From IMG/VR virus record IMGVR_UViG_3300026120_000001, positions 1 through 61,461 of that record: a DNA stretch of 61,461 nt, one strand, 5' to 3'. The stretch is from a virus (lineage: Duplodnaviria; Caudoviricetes). A program made the translations under genes and the position numbers. Each line of letters starts with the position of its first letter. Positions within the stretch are counted from its first letter, which is position 1. Positions 56,814 through 61,461 of this stretch are shown piece by piece. The notes beneath the pieces were generated by a model. The model was not told where the DNA came from. It ran no database searches and saw only the letters and a program-made list of their open reading frames with translations.

Positions 56814-57330
56814 TCCACATTTTTATTAAAGCATTTCTTTTCTTTTTATCATTATTTGCTTCATCAAAAACTTTACTTATGATTTCATCTTTGTTTTGTC
56901 TTAGTTCTAGATTTTTTTCAAATTCTTTAAGGAACATTTGAAATTTTCTTTTATTATTATAAGTAAGTTTATTTAAAGCCATTTCTTTTTCAGCCATTTC
57001 TGCTTGCTGAGTACGAATACTATTTTGGAGACTCTGAGCAGACAGTTGGTCTTGTCTATTTTGTTCAGCTAAATATCTTGCTTCTTTCTGTGCTGATTCA
57101 AAAGCATTTTGTGTTGATACGCCTTCTATAATACCAGTGGTTATATCAGCAGCAGCACCAATACCAGTACCTACCATATCTTGTTCAGCAGAAGAAAATT
57201 CACCATCGTTTATAACACCAAGAAAAGACTTTGGGTCTGAAGATGGTGTTTTTACTGAAGATGGTTCTGGTATCACAGATTGATTAAAATGAGTAACCGC
57301 ATCTTCTGAAGAATTTTGTAAAAAATTCAT
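56806..57330 (-). CDS. small ejection/pilot-like protein
   Basis: GTGIGAAADITTGII segment followed by coiled coil. Confidence 0.5.
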   Translation of the reverse strand: MNFLQNSSEDAVTHFNQSVIPEPSSVKTPSSDPKSFLGVINDGEFSSAEQDMVGTGIGAAADITTGIIEGVSTQNAFESAQKEARYLAEQNRQDQLSAQSLQNSIRTQQAEMAEKEMALNKLTYNNKRKFQMFLKEFEKNLELRQNKDEIISKVFDEANNDKKKRNALIKMWSV

Positions 57331-57350
57331 TTAATATACCTTTTTTTTAA

Positions 57351-59915
57351 TTAATCATAACCATATACAACATTTAAATCTGCTACATTTTTGTTGTCTA
57401 TAAATATCGGAGTTACTGAATTACCTCCATTATAATAACAAAAACAGTTGTGTCGAGTAGCATATGCTCCTCCCAAATAATATGTGCCTTCATCCAAAGT
57501 AAAACCTATTTCAGCGGTTGCAAATTTTTGTTCATGACCACCGGGAAATGTTTCTAGTGTATAAATAGTGGCATTTTTGCCGTATAATCCTTTTTCTTTT
57601 TTTTCTTTTAGATACCATGTTTGTCCGTCAAAATTAAATAATTCTCCTTCATCTGGCATTGACTTCAATTCTAAAGAATCAGTTTTGTCTGTATTTGTTT
57701 CATATGCTGGGGAAAAAGAATTAACGCTATCATTTTGTTCCAAACTGTTTCTAATCGTTCTTTGCATAGAATTATCAAGTAAAGTAATACTTCCGGCGTA
57801 TACTTGAGGTTCTTCAATTATTGCGTTTATCGTCATATCATAAGCATCGTCGTAATTTTGTTTTTCTTCAAGCATTCTATTTTTTATAGATTCTATTTCA
57901 GAATCAGTTCTTCTAACAAGAACACCACCTTCTTCTTTATAACTCATTTTCAATAAGTTATTATTAGATAATTCAATGATGGCTCTTAAATTTTGATCAA
58001 AGTCTCCGCCAGAAGAAACTGGTTCTAAATCATTCATAGAAAATGTATCGTTATTTCTAACAAAATTTTCAAAATCATCCAATGTACTAGATTTGTTACC
58101 AAAAAAAGAATATTCTGGGTCTTCGCCATCTGGAAAAATTTTATTTAATTGTTCAAACCCTTCTATAGCATCTCGATTAGCTAAATTTGTAAGATCTGTC
58201 GCTGGGTCTATAGATGGAATTTCAATATCACCAAAAGGAGTGTCTTCAACTTTAACGGCAAACGCATCACCATCATCACCAAAAGAAATATTGGTTGAAA
58301 TTCCATTTAAAATAGCACCTCTAAGTTCCTGTGCATCCATATTATCTGAATTTGGTATATTCAGATCGTGTTGAAAAATATAATCTCTTAAATCAGACTC
58401 ACCCATTTGATCAAGTTGTTTTTCTGTTATTGCATCCGGTGTCATGTCAGTCAATGGGGGGAGCGTAGCAGCTGGTTCATATTCTATTGTTTCAACACCA
58501 TCATTTTCAACCGTTGTGGCTTCATATCTAGATATTTCGTTTCCATCAACATCACTAAACACTATGGTTCCAGTTTCTTCATCAACATTCATCTGAACGC
58601 CGGTTGCAGCTATAGTTTGAGCATCATTAAACCATAAGTCCCACTGTTTTTGTTCTTCTTGATCCATCTGATCATATCCAATAGATTCCTTTGCTTCTCT
58701 TATGGATCTTTCTGAATATGCTGGTGTGTTTTCTATGTGGTTTCTCCACGCTTCTTGATCATCTTCGTCTGACCAATCAACCTCATGTCCATATAGAGAC
58801 ATCATTATTTCATATTGTGATCTAGCTATTTGATTGTCGAAAACATCTTTCCCTTGGTTTTGAAGGTCTGTTATTTGAGTATACAGAAGAGATGTGGCTG
58901 TACCTATTGCAATATCGTTAAATTTATCTCTATCTAATTCCAATTTCTCTTTTTCTATTTCATTACGCGCTAAACCAATCTGAGCTTGCATCATCCTATC
59001 TGCATTTGCTATTCTTTCATTAACGGCAGTATTAAACAGCGATATTCTATTTGCAGCATCTCTAACTGTAATTTCACCAGCAGACACGGCGGCGCTTAAT
59101 TCTTGATTAATTTGTTTAAATGCGTTATTTATATCAGCCTGATATTGTTGTTCATCAAGAGTAGCCCTATTTAAACTAGCGTCAACAAGACTATTTAGTG
59201 CATTAAAAGCTCTTTCTTGAGCAGCAATAGTCAAATCACTAGAAAGTTTACTTCTAGCTATACCTTGTTGTCTATTAAGTTCAGACATCTGGGCCTGTTT
59301 TGCACCCTCGGTCATAAATGGATCTGCTGCTGCCCGCTGTGATTGAGCCAAAATATTAGCGGAACCGGATAGATCAGCTTCTTGTAGGGCACGATTGCGC
59401 ATCTGTCTATCAACTTCAAATCCCTCAGTTGCACCCTGTTCAAGAAGATCCAACGCCCTAGTGTTTTGCTGTTCAGCTTCAGATGTAGACCTATCATCTC
59501 TAAATCTAGAGGCTCTTAACAGGGGATCTTGATTACCTATATTTGTTATGTTTTGTATTGAATCTTGTACCGCATTCATACCCTCAGAAACGGAAGATTC
59601 AGCCTCATTTACGTTACTTATATTCGTAGTGAATGGTAAATTTACATCTGGTGCTTTTTCAACCGTCTGTGATTGTGGTCCACCTACATTGATCGAAGAT
59701 GGTGGTGGAACTGAAAACGAATTTTGTTGGGGGAGAGGTGTTGGAAATGAAGAAACACCGGAAACAAACGAAGATGGTGGGTTTACAACAACAGGATCGG
59801 GACTAGCATATCTATTAGCGGCTTCTCCACCAATACGATAAAAAGTATCACCAGCACTGATATTAATTAATTCTTTTTCGCCGGTTAGTGGGTTTCTTTG
59901 TGATGCAATAGACAT
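57351..59915 (-). CDS. internal virion/ejection protein
   Basis: 854 aa, Ala/Gln-rich helical N-half; first gene after promoter at 59943-59971. Confidence 0.55.
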   Translation of the reverse strand: MSIASQRNPLTGEKELINISAGDTFYRIGGEAANRYASPDPVVVNPPSSFVSGVSSFPTPLPQQNSFSVPPPSSINVGGPQSQTVEKAPDVNLPFTTNISNVNEAESSVSEGMNAVQDSIQNITNIGNQDPLLRASRFRDDRSTSEAEQQNTRALDLLEQGATEGFEVDRQMRNRALQEADLSGSANILAQSQRAAADPFMTEGAKQAQMSELNRQQGIARSKLSSDLTIAAQERAFNALNSLVDASLNRATLDEQQYQADINNAFKQINQELSAAVSAGEITVRDAANRISLFNTAVNERIANADRMMQAQIGLARNEIEKEKLELDRDKFNDIAIGTATSLLYTQITDLQNQGKDVFDNQIARSQYEIMMSLYGHEVDWSDEDDQEAWRNHIENTPAYSERSIREAKESIGYDQMDQEEQKQWDLWFNDAQTIAATGVQMNVDEETGTIVFSDVDGNEISRYEATTVENDGVETIEYEPAATLPPLTDMTPDAITEKQLDQMGESDLRDYIFQHDLNIPNSDNMDAQELRGAILNGISTNISFGDDGDAFAVKVEDTPFGDIEIPSIDPATDLTNLANRDAIEGFEQLNKIFPDGEDPEYSFFGNKSSTLDDFENFVRNNDTFSMNDLEPVSSGGDFDQNLRAIIELSNNNLLKMSYKEEGGVLVRRTDSEIESIKNRMLEEKQNYDDAYDMTINAIIEEPQVYAGSITLLDNSMQRTIRNSLEQNDSVNSFSPAYETNTDKTDSLELKSMPDEGELFNFDGQTWYLKEKKEKGLYGKNATIYTLETFPGGHEQKFATAEIGFTLDEGTYYLGGAYATRHNCFCYYNGGNSVTPIFIDNKNVADLNVVYGYD

Positions 59916-59942
59916 AATATACCTTTAAAAACGTGTTATAAT

Positions 59943-59971
59943 AATATAGTCCAAATAAAAAGAGAAGTCAA
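59943..59971 (-). promoter_or_regulatory. promoter TTGACT-N17-TATATT
   Basis: TTGACTTCTCTTTTTATTTGGACTATATT on minus strand. Confidence 0.7.
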
Positions 59972-60426
59972 TTTATTATCAACCAACCCAATTGAGTAGC
60001 CATAAATGTATATGATTCATATTGGATGTTAAAAGAATAAGAAGAAGATCCCTCAACATTATCTGATGAATTAACAATAACATTATTTGAAGATGAATCT
60101 AATTTCTTTATAGAAATATTTTTACCTTCATTATATTGAGTTTTTGGTAATGTTATTGTTATATTTGATGTAGTACAATCAACCAACACAACATCAACCA
60201 CAGAATCTACTTTATAGTCTTCGTTCTTTGATAAATACAATTTCTTTTTATTTTTATCCAACAAATCAGACAATTGTTCTTTAAAATCAAAGAATTCTTT
60301 GACATTAACTAAGTCTTTTTTTATTTTATTGAATTGATTCCACAACTGAGTTATACTATAGGAATTTCCTTTAGCAACAGATTCTGGATCATTTTTTGAT
60401 ACTGTAAAAGGTTTGTTGTTAATCAT
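59968..60426 (-). CDS. tail/fibre-associated structural protein
   Basis: DVVLVD.T..NITITLP......G..I.IKK.D...N.V domain common in tail proteins. Confidence 0.55.
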   Translation of the reverse strand: MINNKPFTVSKNDPESVAKGNSYSITQLWNQFNKIKKDLVNVKEFFDFKEQLSDLLDKNKKKLYLSKNEDYKVDSVVDVVLVDCTTSNITITLPKTQYNEGKNISIKKLDSSSNNVIVNSSDNVEGSSSYSFNIQYESYTFMATQLGWLIIN

Positions 60427-60427
60427 A

Positions 60428-61461
60428 TTAGAACCAAGGTAATGTAGAATCGCCGTTGTTTTGAACCATATCTTTAAACAGATAATTCAGGGCACCAGAT
60501 GATATTGTTGAATTGTATCCCCTTATATCTGCATAAGATTTATTAATACCAGTAGCAGAAACAACAAGGGTTCCACTTTCAGTCAATCCAGTGGCATAAT
60601 ACATATTCCAAGTTTCCGGTGCATCATAATCAGATTCATACTGTGTTAAAGACAGAGTGGTTCCACCAATAGAAACCTCTGGTGTTGATGTACACCATAT
60701 AAGAAAAGTTCCAGAATTCAAGACCACAGTACCCAAAGACTTACTTTCTCCTACTGGTACAATAAAAGAACTATTTTCCTTACTATCTGGCCCAGTCGTG
60801 GCTGTGTAATCAGAGTCTGGACTAACATCTGATATTATAGTAATTGCATCCTCAGATGTTTCACAATCACCATCGTCTGTTATTACTGTTATATTATATG
60901 TTCCAACTGATATATTTTCGTTTAGTATTACCTTTATTTCTGTATCGGACCAAGAGACAACATTGCAACAATATCCACCAATAACAACCCCACTTTCATT
61001 GTGAGTTATTCCAAAATTCAATCCGGTGATTGTTACTATGGTTCCAATTGATGTCGGTGTGCTTACTGTTGATATTGATGGTGGTGTGTTTGAGGAAACA
61101 AGAGTTAATGAATTGGTTCCAACCACGCTCTCCCCGTCACCGCGTGCAACCGTTATGCTGTACTCCCCCGCTGGCGTACCACCCGGCACCTCAATGGTAG
61201 CCGTCAAGCCGGTTGCATCACCTGTCTCACTGGTAGGCGTGAGTGCAATCGCAGCGGCACTATCGTCGTACACGCGCATCGAGTAGCTCGCGTCGCCAGC
61301 ATCGATGCCGGTGGTGGTAACCTTAAAACTCTGCCCAGCTTGGAGCTGGTAGAGCGGGTTGTCGCTGGTGTTGGTGATTGCTGTGATGGTAGGTTTTGAT
61401 TTTGTCAAAACAAACTGATTGCCAAAAAGCTGTATGTTGACAGTTGTTGACTCTCCGGTGT
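60428..61461 (-). CDS. Ig-like (IPT/TIG) domain virion protein, 5'-truncated by window edge
   Basis: P.IS.VS....GTIVTITGLNFG...VVSWSDTEIKV; frame open to 61461. Confidence 0.7.
   Translation of the reverse strand, partial: TGESTTVNIQLFGNQFVLTKSKPTITAITNTSDNPLYQLQAGQSFKVTTTGIDAGDASYSMRVYDDSAAAIALTPTSETGDATGLTATIEVPGGTPAGEYSITVARGDGESVVGTNSLTLVSSNTPPSISTVSTPTSIGTIVTITGLNFGITHNESGVVIGGYCCNVVSWSDTEIKVILNENISVGTYNITVITDDGDCETSEDAITIISDVSPDSDYTATTGPDSKENSSFIVPVGESKSLGTVVLNSGTFLIWCTSTPEVSIGGTTLSLTQYESDYDAPETWNMYYATGLTESGTLVVSATGINKSYADIRGYNSTISSGALNYLFKDMVQNNGDSTLPWF

Noticed and set aside
161-61408. Stop-codon reassignment
   Set aside because: Core genes are full length in the standard code, with high coding density and tight start/stop coupling.
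1-61461. Window ends joining directly as a complete circle
   Set aside because: The ORF leaving position 1 would enter position 61461 in a different frame from the IPT gene, composition differs, and no terminal repeat is visible; sequence is probably missing between the ends.

Overview
The window is most of a low-GC tailed dsDNA phage genome (Caudoviricetes) with podovirus-type architecture. It has a portal, adaptor/nozzle-like tail proteins and large internal (ejection) proteins, with no tape measure, tail tube or sheath. The leftward structural module is split between the two ends (1-18.2 kb and 46.1-61.5 kb) and both terminal ORFs run off the edges, so the genome looks circularly permuted with a gap. 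The rightward arm (18.6-46.0 kb) carries small early genes and a phiEco32-type peptide-ligase cluster (COOH-NH2 ligase, ATP-grasp, GGCT, GATase-II, amidoligase, degenerate GATase). It also carries a Sak4/exonuclease/SSB recombination module, family B DNA polymerase, primase-helicase and nucleotide metabolism genes (NrdJ, dUTPase, DUF5664-like, HAD, ThyX-like). Four tRNAs and a twister-P1 ribozyme are readable by eye. The most notable observations are: (1) a GC-richer 33.2-35.9 kb island whose genes are delimited by integron attC-like imperfect hairpins with cassette-type complementarity, but no integrase in the window; (2) a 2438-aa polyvalent virion protein (SLT + kinase-like + zincin) whose kinase module lies between exact in-frame 39-bp direct repeats; (3) a five-copy TT(G/T)ACTTCTC promoter family, two copies apparently leaderless; (4) a terminase with a second, degenerate nuclease-like domain. 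No integrase, repressor, reverse transcriptase or CRISPR array was seen. All functional calls come from motif recognition by eye, not database searches.
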